NCBI GenBank assembly: GCA_964016885.1
Contig: OZ024743.1
Location: 177,692,001-177,756,000, forward strand
DNA: 64,000 nucleotides
Origin: Eledone cirrhosa
Taxonomy: Eukaryota
Direction: 5' to 3'
Positions within the stretch are counted from its first letter, which is position 1; every line of letters begins with the position of its first letter. Made by a program: the position numbers and the translations under genes. Below are positions 1 to 13,481 of the stretch, piece by piece. The notes beneath the pieces were generated by a model. The model saw only the letters and a list, made by a program, of their open reading frames with translations. It made no database searches and was not told where the DNA came from.

Positions 1-505
1 TTGTGTTTGCTACATGATTCTTTTTTATGTTGAAACTACTTGTTTATTGCAAAGCGATCAGCGAGGAATAAATGTAAAAATAGCTAAAAGGATCAAGCAG
101 GTGCATGGCCGTATTAGAATTGATCGCTAAATTAAGATAACGTAATACCCTCAAGTATAAACTGTCCACCTCCAAAATAATCTATCTCCAATACAATATG
201 ACAGTAGGAAACAATGTAACAAATATGTTACATACACACCACTTAACAAATACACACAAATAACACAAATTTACTCTATGAATTAAACGTATAACACTCA
301 AGAAATAGTGGAACATATGACAAAAAGAAAACACATGAACTCATCTTAGAACCATGCATTAACACAAATACTCTATCACAAATCTATTAAAAAAAAACGA
401 AGAAAATAATATACAATAACAATAACCAACCATAATATTATATAACTGTCAATATGTATTTAAGCTAATGATTTATCATTGTATGTATGTATGTATGTAT
501 GTATG

Positions 506-1072
506 TACTTCTGGTTTTATAATTTCACAAAGTTTTACCAATAGAGAGAGTCGGTTTCTAACATAGATATAAGACTCTCTCATTGGAATTTACACAACAT
601 CAACTAGGTAGATATGTATGCATGCATGTCTAGGTATGGATGTTATTTTATGTGTGGATGTGGATGTTTTGTGTTGTATGTGTGCATGTGTATATGCTTT
701 GCATCTGTACATTTGTATATACAGTTATTAGATGCAACATTTTTGGAATGTTTTACATATTTTTACTGTTCCATTAATGGATAACACTTGTAATTTCCTA
801 ACTAGTTGTGTTCTTTCTGTTCCTGTGAAGCCCAGCTTCTCAAGATTTGTATTGAGGCAGTTACTAACATCCCAGTGCCCCAATAATCACAGGCATAAAT
901 CTGAAGGTATAATCAGGGTGGAGTATCAGCAGATTTCTCATTAGTTCTGCATAAATGTTCTCCTTTTCGCTAATCTTTGATATTATATTGGCATCTGCTG
1001 GGCAGCTAACTTCCATTGTGCATTCCTTCTTTTCCCTGTCCCATATCATTATAACTGGTGTGTTATGCCTGC
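506..1072 (-). mobile_element. 5'-truncated R4/Dong-like (RLE) non-LTR retrotransposon, 3' end
   Basis: ORF 864..1049 MIWDREKKECTMEVSCPAD..ENIYAELMRNL resembles a restriction-like endonuclease and is near-identical to 10072-10260. Flanked on both sides by (TATG)n. Confidence 0.85.
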
Positions 1073-1474
1073 ATGTATGTATATATGTATGTAGGTATGT
1101 AGGTATGTATGTATGTTAGTATATATGTTTGCTTATATATGATGCATGTTTGCATCTATATAAATATATGTATGTATACATGTTTGTATACATGTGGATC
1201 TACATATGTAACTCATTAACATTGAGAGAGTTTGCCGGCCTAGCCACAATTAGAATTTGTGTTGGAGCTCTGCAATGTATATATGGATGTAGGTATTGTA
1301 TATTTAATAATATATGGTATGATTATTTTAAAACATTTTTTAAAACATTTTTTTCCATTTATCTGAGGGTTCTAAATCCCATTATCAGGCTAAAATTCCT
1401 TTAGTCAAAAATACGGTGAAAGCTATTCTATTTTCTAATTTCAAACCTGCTCACTGTTTCAAAACAAACTTACT

Positions 1475-1521
<47 letters not shown>

Positions 1522-1731
1522 GGGTCACTCTTGAGTGCTACTGGTAACATGTAACCCAGTACAACCTGTCGCAAGCTCAGGTCGTCGGTGATTAAACCGG
1601 CAAACCCACCAAGTTTACTTAATGAGGAGGGTGATATTTGGACACTCTGCAGTACAAGGAACAAAACCTGTCAAAGGGCGGAAGAACTCATAAGAATCAA
1701 CGGCCATTCAAAAATGTTTAAATATGTATAT

Positions 1732-1779
<48 letters not shown>

Positions 1780-2345
1780 CAATAATAATGAGTTCAAATC
1801 TCAGGCGATCATTTACAATGAAATAGCTCGAAGAAAGAGTATTTCTGAGCCGTGTAATATAGGTTAACATAAATTTTTCACTGCTCCTTCGCTGAGCTGA
1901 ATTTAGCCCCATACAAACGGCTGTTATTTCTAGCAGCACGAATATGTGACTAGCTAGACACTGGATAACCGCATGAGGTTACCTCGTGCGCTAAACAGTC
2001 TTCCTAAATATTTTGAAGTGGAACATACCAATTTTTATAGTGCTTGCTGAGGAGATCAAAATGCGGTATTTTCTTCCACTTTTTCATTATTCGAAACATA
2101 TTTGGATTTTAAGGTTTAAACCTGTCTACGGTACAGGTTTGATTTTGAAATTTAAATTTGTCCAAGCACTACGGCCATTGCCAATACAATTTGTTTTTGT
2201 TGATTTATGATGTATTATCTTAAGTCATGATAGGCAAACTGTAATATTATTATTAGTATATTTCTATCTAGCTAACTTGGTAATTTACAATACAAACATA
2301 AATATGAGGATATTTGTGTTTATCAAATATATTGATTTATGTTAA

Positions 2346-2400
<55 letters not shown>

Positions 2401-2513
2401 TAACAGATTAAAGTTTAATCTTTATTTCATAAATATTTGCTCTACAGTTTTTATATATTTGATATATATTTATCCTTATCGAGCCCTCTTTGGATTTTCG
2501 TCTTCAAATTTAT

Positions 2514-2548
<35 letters not shown>

Positions 2549-2561
2549 TGTGTATGTATAT

Positions 2562-2694
2562 GCGCGGGGGCATAGAAATAATCGGGCTGGATACTTGATC
2601 GCGCCGTTAAACCACTGGGAGTGAAGGACCCCTAGCCTTTGTCAGGGCATTCTTCTAGGAGAAGACAACTCAGGAAACTGGGATAACTCCGACA
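2562..2694. repeat. Dispersed repeat, inverted copy at about 7596-7722
   Basis: ggacccctagcctttgtcag..ttcttctaggagaag..aactcaggaaact occurs reverse-complemented at about 7600-7720. Confidence 0.7.
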
Positions 2695-2766
2695 TATATA
2701 TGTAACTTTCATAACTTTGATAGGATTCGGTCAGTATTGACCCAGACCATGTCTACCTTAATAGAA

Positions 2767-2864
<98 letters not shown>

Positions 2865-3120
2865 CTACATAGGCACACTCATACAAGTGTTAACAGATAT
2901 AGACATATACATAAACAAAGAAATAAGAGCATAGCTAACACTCGTATACAAAAGCACGTTATTGTCCATTTTCTCATATATGCGCATGTAAAAATACCTA
3001 TATAAATACCTATATATATACATATATACATGCACATCAGCACATACATATATATACATACACACACATACATTCCTAATCATATACATAAAAAATATAA
3101 AAGAAAACAACTAAAGAAAA

Positions 3121-3440
3121 TTAAACAATAATAATTCTAATCAGGTTCCTTAACTCTATAGTACAAAGACTAAAGTGTTTTATGTTGACGAAAAGGAATA
3201 ATTTGTTAAGGGAACATAATAATTTTGTCAGAGAAGTAGTATTTTCAGCTTTTTTTATTTTTAAAAGAATGGGTATGAGCATAAAATCCAGTCTTGAATG
3301 CATTGGCAGTAGCCCCTATATAATTAAAATAGTTATCATTAGTTAAAACCACGCATCTATAAATAACATTAGTTGTAAGACATCTACCTCCAAATGGGCA
3401 ATTATTAGGAATTCTACAGTTACACATAGGCATTTAATGT
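3121..3440 (-). mobile_element. Penelope-like element GIY-YIG endonuclease fragment (frameshifted)
   Basis: CNCRIPNNCPFGGRCLTTNVIYRC..YIGATANAFK..HTHSFK, then ENTTSLTKLL in another frame; homologous to ORF 39193. Confidence 0.85.
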
Positions 3441-3628
3441 ATTAATGTATTTGGTGCCATTTATTAATGTATATATATATATATATGTGGGGGGGGGGGG
3501 GGTAGATCCAGTAACTTCTGGTATATATGCTAGTTAAATGTGTAACAGTTACAGGCGGCAAGGCGATGAACCACTCAATGGTGTTAGAAGGTCTGAATAG
3601 TTTCGACTGTAGTATGCACAGTGTCAAG

Positions 3629-3733
3629 AGATATAAAAGAGTCGAAGTCAGTGTTGTAGCATATGTACAAACTTTATATGAAATTAAAGTTTGTATATAT
3701 ATACTGCAACACTGACTTCGACTCTTTTAAATC
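3629..3733. repeat. About 105-bp fold-back palindrome
   Basis: aaaagagtcgaagtcagtgttg..aaactt / aaagtttg..caacactgacttcgactctttt. Confidence 0.85.
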
Positions 3734-4402
3734 TATCTATGTATCTCTCTATCTATCACAATCTCTCTCTCTCTCACTCTCACTCTCTCTGTATATATAT
3801 ATATATATATATAAATATATATATATATAAATATGATGTGTGTGTGTGTGTACTGTGTGTATAAATAAGAAATTCAGAATGCACTTGAATTATTTAAGAT
3901 GTATTTACAATGACTTGGTTTCACATTTAACTATATACCGCAAAGCACGTGTTTGTCCACCGCTCTACCGATAGTGTCAGTCCATCACACTCCACATAAT
4001 AATATTATCCTACACATTCCATTAAACAAAAACAAACTCAAATACACACACATACAGATATAGAGACATACACATACGCTGATTGACCATTCTCCCTATT
4101 TTCACAAGACTGGACATATGCAAATTATGTCCATAAAACATCCTACACTTATTGATATAATCAAAGAGAAACACACAAATACAGAGTAAGCTATGACCGT
4201 AGAAATCTTCCTCTATGCAGATATCTATACCTAGCTAATATAAAGGTCACAGGAACGCCCACAGTCAATTTCATTTACTTTGTTTTAACAGACCAAACAT
4301 CTACAGCTACTAAACAAACCAATTCACACACAAACAGACACACAGCCATATATATATATATATATACATATGTTCATTATACATATATATATAAATAAAT
4401 AT

Positions 4403-4514
4403 AGGCAAATGTTTGACCCCGACGGCAGAGCTCAAGCCGTTTCGACGGCTATTTCTGGAGTCCAGAAATAGCTGCCGAAACGGCATCAGCTCTGCTGTCG
4501 AAGTCAAACATTTC
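4403..4514. repeat. About 110-bp palindromic element (family also at about 27750-27870 and 51146-51260)
   Basis: tgaccccgacggcagagctcaagccgtttcgacggctatttct / agaaatagctgccgaaacggcatcagctctgctgtcg; three copies, each next to (TA)n. Confidence 0.85.
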
Positions 4515-4544
4515 CTTATGACCCACTCAATTGAATACTCTGAT

Positions 4545-5165
4545 ATATATTATACATACATATATATATATATTATACATACATATATATATATATATAT
4601 ATTATACATACATATATATATATATATATATATTATACATACATATATATATATATTATACATACATATATATATATATATATATTATACATACATATAT
4701 ATATATATATTATACATACATATATATATATATATATTATACATACATATATATATATATATATATATTATACATACATATATATATATATATATATTAT
4801 ACATACATATATATATATATATATTATACATACATATATATATATATATATTATACATACATATATATATATATATATTATACATACATATATATATATA
4901 TATATTATACATACATATATATATATATATATATATTATACATACATATATATATATATTATACATACATATATATATATATATATATTATACATACATA
5001 TATATATATATATATTATACATACATATATATATATATATTATACATACATATATATATATATATTATACATACATATATATATATATATTATACATACA
5101 TATATATATATATATATATTATACATACATATATATATATATATATTATACATACATATATATAT
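4545..5165. repeat. Compound minisatellite TTATACATACA(TA)n, about 25 units
   Basis: Directly visible unit with variable TA length. Confidence 0.95.
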
Positions 5166-5827
5166 GTATATATATTATATTTATATATCTCTATATATGT
5201 TTGTGTATGTAAGTATGTATGCATAAGATTGTGTGTGCTCACGCATATATTTATCTGTGTATGAATGTGTGTGTTGGTATTACCAAAGTTCCTAAAAGGA
5301 AAAACAAGAAGATGTGTTTTTAATTCCTTCTTTTACCACTGTAAGGCAAAGGAAGGTAAATTACTTGAATTATTTACATGGGTAATGTCTCTTACCATAT
5401 CTTCGTTCGTGTCTTGAATATTTAATGAAAATCTATTAACGTATGTAATGGGAGATTTAGGGCGTTGAAAGGCATTCCATTTACCATTCATCAATATGTC
5501 AACAGCTATAACAGTCACTAAACCATGTATGCATTATCTAAAGTAAAAATATATAACCTAGAAATAGGTAAATATCGAGAAACTGCAAAGAACGGATGAC
5601 GTAAATCACCTCTGGTATAGTGAATTATTTAGTAAGTAATTACATGCTTATATACGTATTTCTAATTACAAGGATTTGCAAACACTGACAAAATCTCAAA
5701 CATACACTTATTGATTTAGTTATGTACTTTTATATATATGTGATGAAAGTAAACAGAAATATCAAAACAAAAACTCAGTACAATGAAGAAATACATTAGT
5801 TCAATGCTTTGAATTGTAGAGAAAAAG

Positions 5828-5863
5828 TCTTAGCGTTTCGAACAATAGTTCTTTTTCAGAAGA
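5828..5863 (-). ncRNA. Degenerate minimal hammerhead ribozyme-like motif
   Basis: Minus strand: tctt CTGAAAA AGAAC tatt GTTC GAAA cgct aaga; same family as 55456. Confidence 0.45.
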
Positions 5864-6411
5864 TAGAATGAGAAATAAACCTCGAAATAATGAGTGAGAA
5901 GAGGCATGAACAGAAAAAAATTTTTTGAGAAAAACAAATTTTCTTTAGAAAAACACGTCCATTTCGAAAGAAAAAAAATGTAGTTTTATGTATCCAGGCG
6001 TAAGTATATTCTTTTACTGTTTTATTTGTTTCAGAGACTAGGCTGTGGTCATACTGGAGTAACACCATGATATAGTCGATTATGTCCATCCAGATATTCT
6101 TCTTCTCAGTCATGTTTCTTATTTTATTGAACCCTTATTTTCGAACCACTAAATTACGGGAGGTAAATATTGAAATTCATAAACACACACACACACACCC
6201 ACGAATATATATATATATATATATATATATATGGGGGGGGGGTTAAGGGAATGGACCTCGGTAATGAAAGCATCACCTTGATTCGTACTCTTATCTTTAA
6301 CTTGTAACATAACCTTGTTACAGGTGATACGTAGCCATGAACGCCATTGAATAAAGAGATATGAATATCTACATGGGACCTACGCAATTGTCCTTAATGT
6401 ATCTAAAATAC

Positions 6412-6563
6412 AGGCTTCTGCAGTTTCCGTTTATTAAATGGCACTCACAATGCTTTGCTCAAACCGAACATTTGATAGAAAGCACTTGTCCAACATGCCG
6501 CACAGTGAGACTGAACTCAAAATCATATGGTTGTGAAGCAGGCTCCTTAATCACATGGCCATA
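6412..6563 (-). mobile_element. tRNA-derived SINE, second family (also about 16068-16205 and 48825-48975)
   Basis: Three diverged copies of cagtttccgt..cactcacaa..gactgaac..; B-box-like GTTCA on the minus strand; resembles octopus SINEs from memory. Confidence 0.6.
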
Positions 6564-6646
6564 AACATATATATTAACATACATATATATATATGTATAT
6601 CAACATATGTGTTTATGTATGTAGATGTTTATGTGTATATGCTGAC

Positions 6647-6809
6647 GTTCCGATTGTATTGAGGGGGACGGCAGCATGTGCTGCGAGGATGCCTGTGGTC
6701 ACGACGGTGATCGTTGCGACGAGGAAGCGGCCGGTCAAGTCCCGGTAATATTTTGTCTTCTTGTCCTCTGCATTGCATGCCGCAGTACTGGTGTGTGTAA
6801 CGACAGCGG
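6647..6809 (-). CDS. Putative exon of an unknown gene
   Basis: Acceptor ttttactccaacttag; open frame RCRYTHQYCGMQCRGQEDKILPGLDRPLPRRNDHRRDHRHPRSTCCRPPQYNRN; weak donor GTCAGC; non-repetitive and GC-richer than flanks. Confidence 0.35.
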
Positions 6810-7039
6810 CTAAGTTGGAGTAAAATTAAACATGGCAATAAAATACAGAAAATTAGAAAAATTAACGATAGAATTAATTCTACAAATGAGAAAACTAGTT
6901 ATGTCTATGTTGGATCATAAACCATTCTAGAGAAAGAAAGAAGTATCTTGTACAGGCAGCAAATAATTTCCTGCTTGTCATTAATGCACTAATTTTTCAC
7001 AAGATTATGGGTAATGATTAAACATTATTTCAATATAGG

Positions 7040-7223
7040 GTCGGTGGATTGGCAGTATCGGTAGAGGGTCGGACGCCATGCTTTCACGCATAGAGTTAGC
7101 CCTTGCCATTCTGAGTTCAAATCCCGCCGAGGTTAACTTTGCCATTCATCCTTACGGGATCGATAAAATAAAGAACCAGTAATGTACTCGGTAATAACTG
7201 GCCTTGTGCCAAAAATAGAAACA
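7040..7223 (+). mobile_element. tRNA-derived SINE with MetaSINE-like core, 16-bp TSD
   Basis: A/B-box-like head (TGGCAGTATCGG, GAGTTCAAATCCC), core tttgcc.ttcatccttacggg..gataaaataaag.accag; TSD attatttcaatatagg at 7024 and 7224. Confidence 0.9.
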
Positions 7224-7903
7224 ATTATTTCAATATAGGATGTATCGTAACATTATAAAGAACACTTTATTTATACACACACATACTGACGTCTTTGTTG
7301 TCATATTTACAATATTTCGGCCGCTGCGCCCTCTGATGTTTTACTAATGTCATTATTCCTACCGTATATATATACATGACGGCTGCCCCCTCGTTATCGA
7401 ATATGGCCATTGCAGATACACCATTATTAATCATTATTAATTAATTTTATCATGCAATGCCTGTGAGTGAAGATTTTTTCTTAAAGTGAGGAAAAATTGT
7501 GCACTAAGCCAATCCCACTCTCTGAGCGATAGGAGCTATAACCCGAACAGAAGAAGAGATCAACATCATCGGTAACTACTGAGCCGCATGTTTTATGTCA
7601 GAGTCATCCGAGTTTCCTGAGTTGCCTTCTCCTAGAAGAATAGTCTGACAAAGGCTAGGGGTCCTGCACTCCAAGTAGTTTAACCGCGCGATCCAGCCTG
7701 ATTATTTCTATGTCACCACGCATATTGATACACTTGCATATACATACATATGTACATGTGTATATACATATTTACATATTTTTTTATTTGGGGGCGGTGG
7801 GGGTGGCCGTTGACTCTTATGAGTTATTCCGCCCTATACATACGTACATACACACATACACACAGACATGCATACATACATACATACATGCATACATACA
7901 TAC

Positions 7904-7966
7904 TGCATGCCAGAACCAGATATATAAGATGTATACAGCCTGCCTGAACCTATTCCTCGAAGATCA
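7904..7966 (-). CDS. Putative 63-nt exon (contains ATG at 7908)
   Basis: Acceptor tttttctttattattttcacag and donor GTATGT; phase-compatible with the 6809 exon. Confidence 0.35.
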
Positions 7967-8343
7967 CTGTGAAAATAATAAAGAAAAATGATATATCGTC
8001 CAGGTGTGTGAACGACATCTCATCTCTCTAAGATTATTAATTAAAACAGAAGGGCTTTAACGATAACAAGGCTAATCTTTTATTAAATGATTCATTTAAT
8101 AAAACATGACATAATAATTACATTCATAGGACATACCCTGCAAGCTAAACGGCAATGGCTTAATTCTTACATTCAAGAAGAGATATGAAAATCTCTTGGT
8201 CAAAAACAGGCGTTTTTACAAAGTACGTCCACGTGGCAGGACAAAGGCGACTGGAATTGAAAACCAAATCTCTTGAGTTTTACATTGGCGTCTCTTTTAG
8301 AGAACGCCGAGATAAGGGAAGTAATTCGCCATTTTTTGTGTTA

Positions 8344-8397
8344 CCAACAGGTGGCGACACTGCGTTGCTATAGTCAACACACTGTCGCCATAGTTAC
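8344..8397. promoter_or_regulatory. Candidate CTCF-like site plus two RFX X-box-like motifs
   Basis: CCAACAGGTGGCGAC 8344-8358; GTTGCTATAGTCAAC 8364-8378; GTCGCCATAGTTAC 8384-8397. Confidence 0.4.
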
Positions 8398-8429
8398 TAC
8401 AATAATAACATCATCACAGATGAACAAGC

Positions 8430-10605
8430 AGCTGGAAAGAAAGGTCTTTGGGGTGTGCTGAACAACTCCTAATCAACAAAACTGCGATGTCGGAGGTGCG
8501 ACAACTTAGGAGGACTACAGGAAAGCTTTTGATTCTGTTCCCCACTCTTGGATGATAGAGGCCCTCCGACTTGCTAAAGTCCCAGACATTATTATCAGAG
8601 CCACAGAGAAGCTGTCTTCTTCTTGGGCTACTATCCTAAATTTAAAAACAGAGAAGGAGGACTTTATTTTAACTGATAAAATAGAATATCACAGGGGTAT
8701 ATTTCAAGGAGACAGTCTCTCTCTGATACTATTTATTCTGTCATTAAACCCCTTGTCTTTCTGCTCAAGAAATATGAAGGATACATAATTGGCTCTCAAT
8801 AGGACAGAAATACGAACTTAACCGATAATTTCTTTGTGTATGATCTGAAGCTCTATGCCAAGAACATAGATCGGATGAAGACAAATCTTGACCTGGTTAC
8901 AACGATCTCAAAGGATATAGGAATGGAGTTTGGCCAAAATAAATGTTCATATATGATTTTAAAGCGGGGAAAAACAACAACCCAATCTAGCAACATTGTC
9001 ATCAATGACCTAACTGTTTCATCGATATCTGATGAGGACTGCTACAGATACCTAGGAATAGATGAGAATATATCCTATAATGGTATTTGTAATAAGGAAC
9101 GTGTAATCAGGGAATATTACACTCGATTAAGAAAAATATGGTCATCGGAACTCTCTGCGCACAATAAAACAGTGGCTCACAATGTGTTTGCTATGCCTGT
9201 CCTAACACCAACGTTTGGAATACTCAATTGAACGATAGACGAAATCCGAGCAGTTGATGTTAGGACTCGAAAAATACTAAACAAGACCGGAAACTTCCAC
9301 ATCAACAGTGACATAGACCACCTTTACTTGAAACGTAAGCAGGGAGGCAGTGGCCTAACATCAGTCCAGACAGCATTTGAATGTTGCATCATACCCCTCC
9401 GACAACATCTACGAACCTCGAAGCGTATGAGCCCGTCTCTCGAGCAAGTCTATCTGCATGAAACAGATGAGATTATCACAGTTGGCAAGGAACTCCTTGA
9501 AAGATATTCCCTGTGTGATAATCAAAAACTCATACCCAGGGAAGTTGCTCGGCACAACCCAGTGAATCTATGGATGAACAACTGTATGTTTATTAGCAAA
9601 AGATCATGCATGGATAAGTTGCCAGGAAGCTCCAGAGTGAGAGTAATATATATAAACAAAGTAGTCTATCTTGGACCAACAACCGCTATATTGGCTCCCA
9701 CTTTGAATGATACGCTTTTGCAATCCAAGAACAGGAAATGAACATGTAATACCTGATTCAAAAGAGATAGGGATGCAGGCAAAAAACCTAGATGTGACAA
9801 CAAGTGCAGACGCTGCAGAATTAACATCGAAGATGTCACCCATGTCATAAGCAGCTGTCCAAAGATGTCATCACGGTACTATCTACCTATGAGGCATGAT
9901 GTAGTGACCAAAACCCTGTACAATGCAATCCGTAGAAAATATAGCCCCGATAATAAACACATGTAAAGCTACTGCAATGTGGAAGATATACATGTATATA
10001 ATATGAAAGAGTACTGGTGGAATGTTCCAGCAAAAACCCCAATATAATGTAGGCATAACAGACCAGATATTATGATATGGGACAGGGAAAAGCAGGCATG
10101 CACAGTAGTGGAAGTTAGCTGCCCAGCAGATGCCAATATAATATCAAAGATTTGCGAAAAGGAGAACATTTGTGCAGAACTGATGAGAAATCTGCAGATA
10201 CTCCACCCTGATTATACCTTCAAATTTATGCCTGTGATTATTGAAGCACTGGGATGTTAGTAACTGCCTCAATACAAATCTTGAGAAGCTGGGCTTCACA
10301 GGAACAGAAAGAACACAACTAGTTAGGAAATTACAAGTACAATCCATTAATGGAACAGTAAAAACATGTAAAACATTCCAAAGATTTTGGATCTAATAAC
10401 TGCATATACACATGCACACATACAACTCAAAACATCCACATCCACACATACAATAACATCTATACCTACACATGCTTGCATGCAGACATGCATACATATC
10501 TACCTAGTTGATGTTGTGTAAATTCTAATGAAAGAGTCTTTTGTCTATTTTAGAAACCGATTCTCCCTCTATTGGCAAACATTTTTGAAATTATAAAACC
10601 AGAAC
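8430..10605 (+). mobile_element. R4/Dong-like RLE non-LTR retrotransposon, 5'-truncated and decayed
   Basis: RT motifs DYRKAFDSVPHSW, GIFQGDSLS, YDLKLYA, DIGMEFGQNKC, YRYLGI; CCHC knuckle CRRC..HVISSC; RLE RPDIMIWD..VEVSCP; ends in (CATA)n; stops and frameshifts. Confidence 0.92.
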
Positions 10606-11418
10606 ATACATACATACTTTATATTAGTGAATTATATACACCACTATAGCTCAAAGTATTGGTTTCCAGATAAAATGTATTCCTGAATCTTTAAATGACC
10701 ATAAAATAATATTCCAAACTCACACTAAGATTTTCTTTCCTTATTTCTTCATTTATTTATTGAAGTTATGCAAGTAATATATATCTTTCTTTAGGCGGTT
10801 TACTGTATGTATTATTGTAGTTTCAATTCTCAGTAGAGTCACATTTATTTTATTGGTACTCTTCGTAAATGTAGTGAGAATTTTCCAGGCGACACGAAGA
10901 TCCATTAATATTACCTGACGTAATATTTTTTTATTTCTGACAGCAAAATTAGGGCTTAGTTTTTTTAACGTAACGAAACAATAGCACTGACAAGTTTAGG
11001 AGTTATCAAGTTTTGCCAGGAGGAATAGAAATATTTGTGAGTAGGAATTTTTAAAAGCTAAATTAAGTTTAATCATATGCTACTGCTGAAAATTGTGTAT
11101 GTATGTGTGTGTATATGTGTATGTATATGTGTATATATGTATGTATGTGTGTATGTGTGTGTATGTATGTGTATGTATGTATGTGTGTATGTATCTATGT
11201 GTATCTATGTATCTATGTGTGTATGTATGTAAGCATGTATGTATGTAGGCATAACTCCCTCTTCCTCTCAAATAGTTGATCTATGTCTATAACAAATCAT
11301 TGATTAAAAATCAGTAAATATCTTGAAAAGTATTGCATCTTTTTGTGCAGATGTGTTGTTGCTATAGCTAAACATTGTAATCTTAAAATGGATCAAAACA
11401 TAGCTTTTAAAATGGGTA

Positions 11419-11772
11419 CACTCCGATCCCAAATAATAGGGGAGGGGTGGATTAAGCCGAGGAGGGAGGGGGTGTATAGTCGGTAATTTTTCTAGGTTGT
11501 CTCCGTCGATTTTTTCAAGAACCAGAATTAGTCGTTTACTTTACATATCCTATTTATTTTACATCGTATAAGATTTTTAGTAATTTATTATTTTTCTCAT
11601 GTATAAATTTGTTAATGTATAAAGAAAATCAACTGTCGCGGGAATGATACCACTTGACATAAAATTTCGCCGGTGATAGATTAGACAAAGCGAGATTAAT
11701 AAGCGAGGGGTTGGAAAACCTGAAAAGTTAATAAGCTGTGAGGGTGGATCACAATCATTTGTGACCCAAGAG
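11419..11772. mobile_element. TA-flanked MITE (Tc1/mariner-like), same family as 19544-20002
   Basis: Imperfect TIRs cactccgatcccaaataat / atcatttgtgacccaagag, TA on both sides. Confidence 0.6.
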
Positions 11773-11847
11773 TATGCGATACAAATTTGTCAAGAATGTT
11801 ATTAACATTTACAAAAAAAAAAAAATTCTACGTAAGGTTTAAATAAT

Positions 11848-12032
11848 TGTTTCTACTTTAGGCACAAGGCCAGCAATTACCCAGTGCGTTACTGGTACTT
11901 TATTTCATCGACCCCGTAAGGATGAAAGGGAAAGTCAACCTCGGCGGGATTTGAACTCAGATCGTAAAGGGACATAAATATGCTGGAAAGCATAACGTCC
12001 GACCCTCTACCGATACTGCCAATCCGCCGCCC
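11848..12032 (-). mobile_element. tRNA-derived SINE, 15-bp TSD
   Basis: Full-length copy; TSD taaggtttaaataat at 11833 and 12033. Confidence 0.9.
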
Positions 12033-12089
12033 TAAGGTTTAAATAATGTTAATAAATATATATGCTAATCGAATATCATGTTAAAGAAA

Positions 12090-12475
12090 GAAGATGCAGC
12101 AGAAGATCCATATATTCTTCAACACCTGTCTGAGGTGCATCTACAGCAGCAAATGGCCAGAGAAGATAAAAACGAAGATCTGTGGGAGCGACAGGGACAG
12201 GAACCAGTGTCAAAGCAGATTCTGTCGAGGAGCTGGATTGGACATACACTCAGGAATCTAGCATCCAACAACACACAGTAAGCCCTGGTCAGATATCCGC
12301 AGGGTAAGAGGAAGAGAGGCCGGCCCCAGGGCAGATGGAGGTGTAATACTGAGGCTGAATTAAGAAAGTTAAGAAAGCTGAAAGCCAACTGCAATGGAGT
12401 GGCAAGATGAGTCCAGTATCGTGTACGATGGCGCAGGGTCGTCAAGAGCCAAGTCTCCATCGAGGGCGAGGAGAC
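12090..12475 (+). mobile_element. RTE-type LINE 3' fragment
   Basis: NEDLWERQGQEPV..WIGHTLR..PQGKRKRGRP..W..RVRWRRVV. Confidence 0.75.
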
Positions 12476-13260
12476 TGAATGACTGATACAACAGTGCTTT
12501 AATGTAAAATAGTTTAAAGTTATCTGTATTAAGAAGAGCCCCAATGATATTTTGTGATATCTTTGCAGCTCTAAAGCACGAGAGTAGCTTACAAGTAGTT
12601 GAGATAATTTTAAAATTGATTTTTATCCCAAAGACCTCTTCAGAATTATCGATTACAAATGCTTAAGTTAACTCATGTTTGCCGTGAATACTACCTAATC
12701 ACAAGAATGACATTGATATTTAAATACATATTGATTAATAGTTGAAAGAGATATTAAAAATTCTTATTTTGTCAAATAACTAAATATGACATGTATCACA
12801 AATCATATCGTCCATTTGCTTTGATAAACATCAAGCACATTTATTTTTTTGCGATAAAGTCATTATTTCTCAAAAATAATATTTATTTAGGAGAATAAAT
12901 TACATTTCTCGGGAATATATTAAGAAAGAATGATGTAGAGGTAGAGAGAGAGAGAGAGAGAGAGGTAGAGAGGTAGAGAGGTAGAGAGGTAGAGAGAGAG
13001 AGCGAGAGAGCAGGCTGTACCGTTGATCGAACAACTGGAACATTCATCATCAAAACCGACGGCGGTCCATAGTAACGGATGGAAAGCCTTATATAAACAT
13101 TTCATTAATGGTGTCAAACAACGACGGAATTATTTAGTTGCTTGTTTTCTGTCACGGGTATTAGTCTTTGTCTAACTTCAGATTTCCTAAATGTCCTTAG
13201 ACACAGGACTCTGAAAAATACAGAGTAGATAAATATCTTTTCTGAAGTTCAGGGAACTGG

Positions 13261-13481
13261 TAATGGTTTCTAATTTAGGTACCAGGCCAACAATTTTGGG
13301 GAAGGGAAAAGTGGATTAAACTGGCCCTAATGCGTTACTGTTACTTTATTCTATGGAGCCCGTAAGAATAAAAGGCATGACTACCTTCGGTGGGATTTGA
13401 AATCAGAACGTAATGCGGCGTAAGTCTATGCCGTAAAGCATGTTGTCTGATGCTCTACCGATTACTGCCAATCAATTGCCT
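13261..13481 (-). mobile_element. Diverged tRNA-derived SINE
   Basis: Same family as 7040 and 11848. Confidence 0.75.

Noticed and set aside
4545-5165. CRISPR-like regular repeat
   Set aside because: No unique spacers, eukaryotic context, no cas genes.
4413-5264. Long ORFs rich in YI, HT, CV or RE repeats (also 24068, 25525, 33147, 51821, 57825)
   Set aside because: Translations of microsatellites that lack stop codons; not genes.
5333-5537. Possible further minus-strand exon (donor GTAAGA at about 5395)
   Set aside because: The best acceptor gives stops in all frames; phase could not be linked to the 6647 exon.
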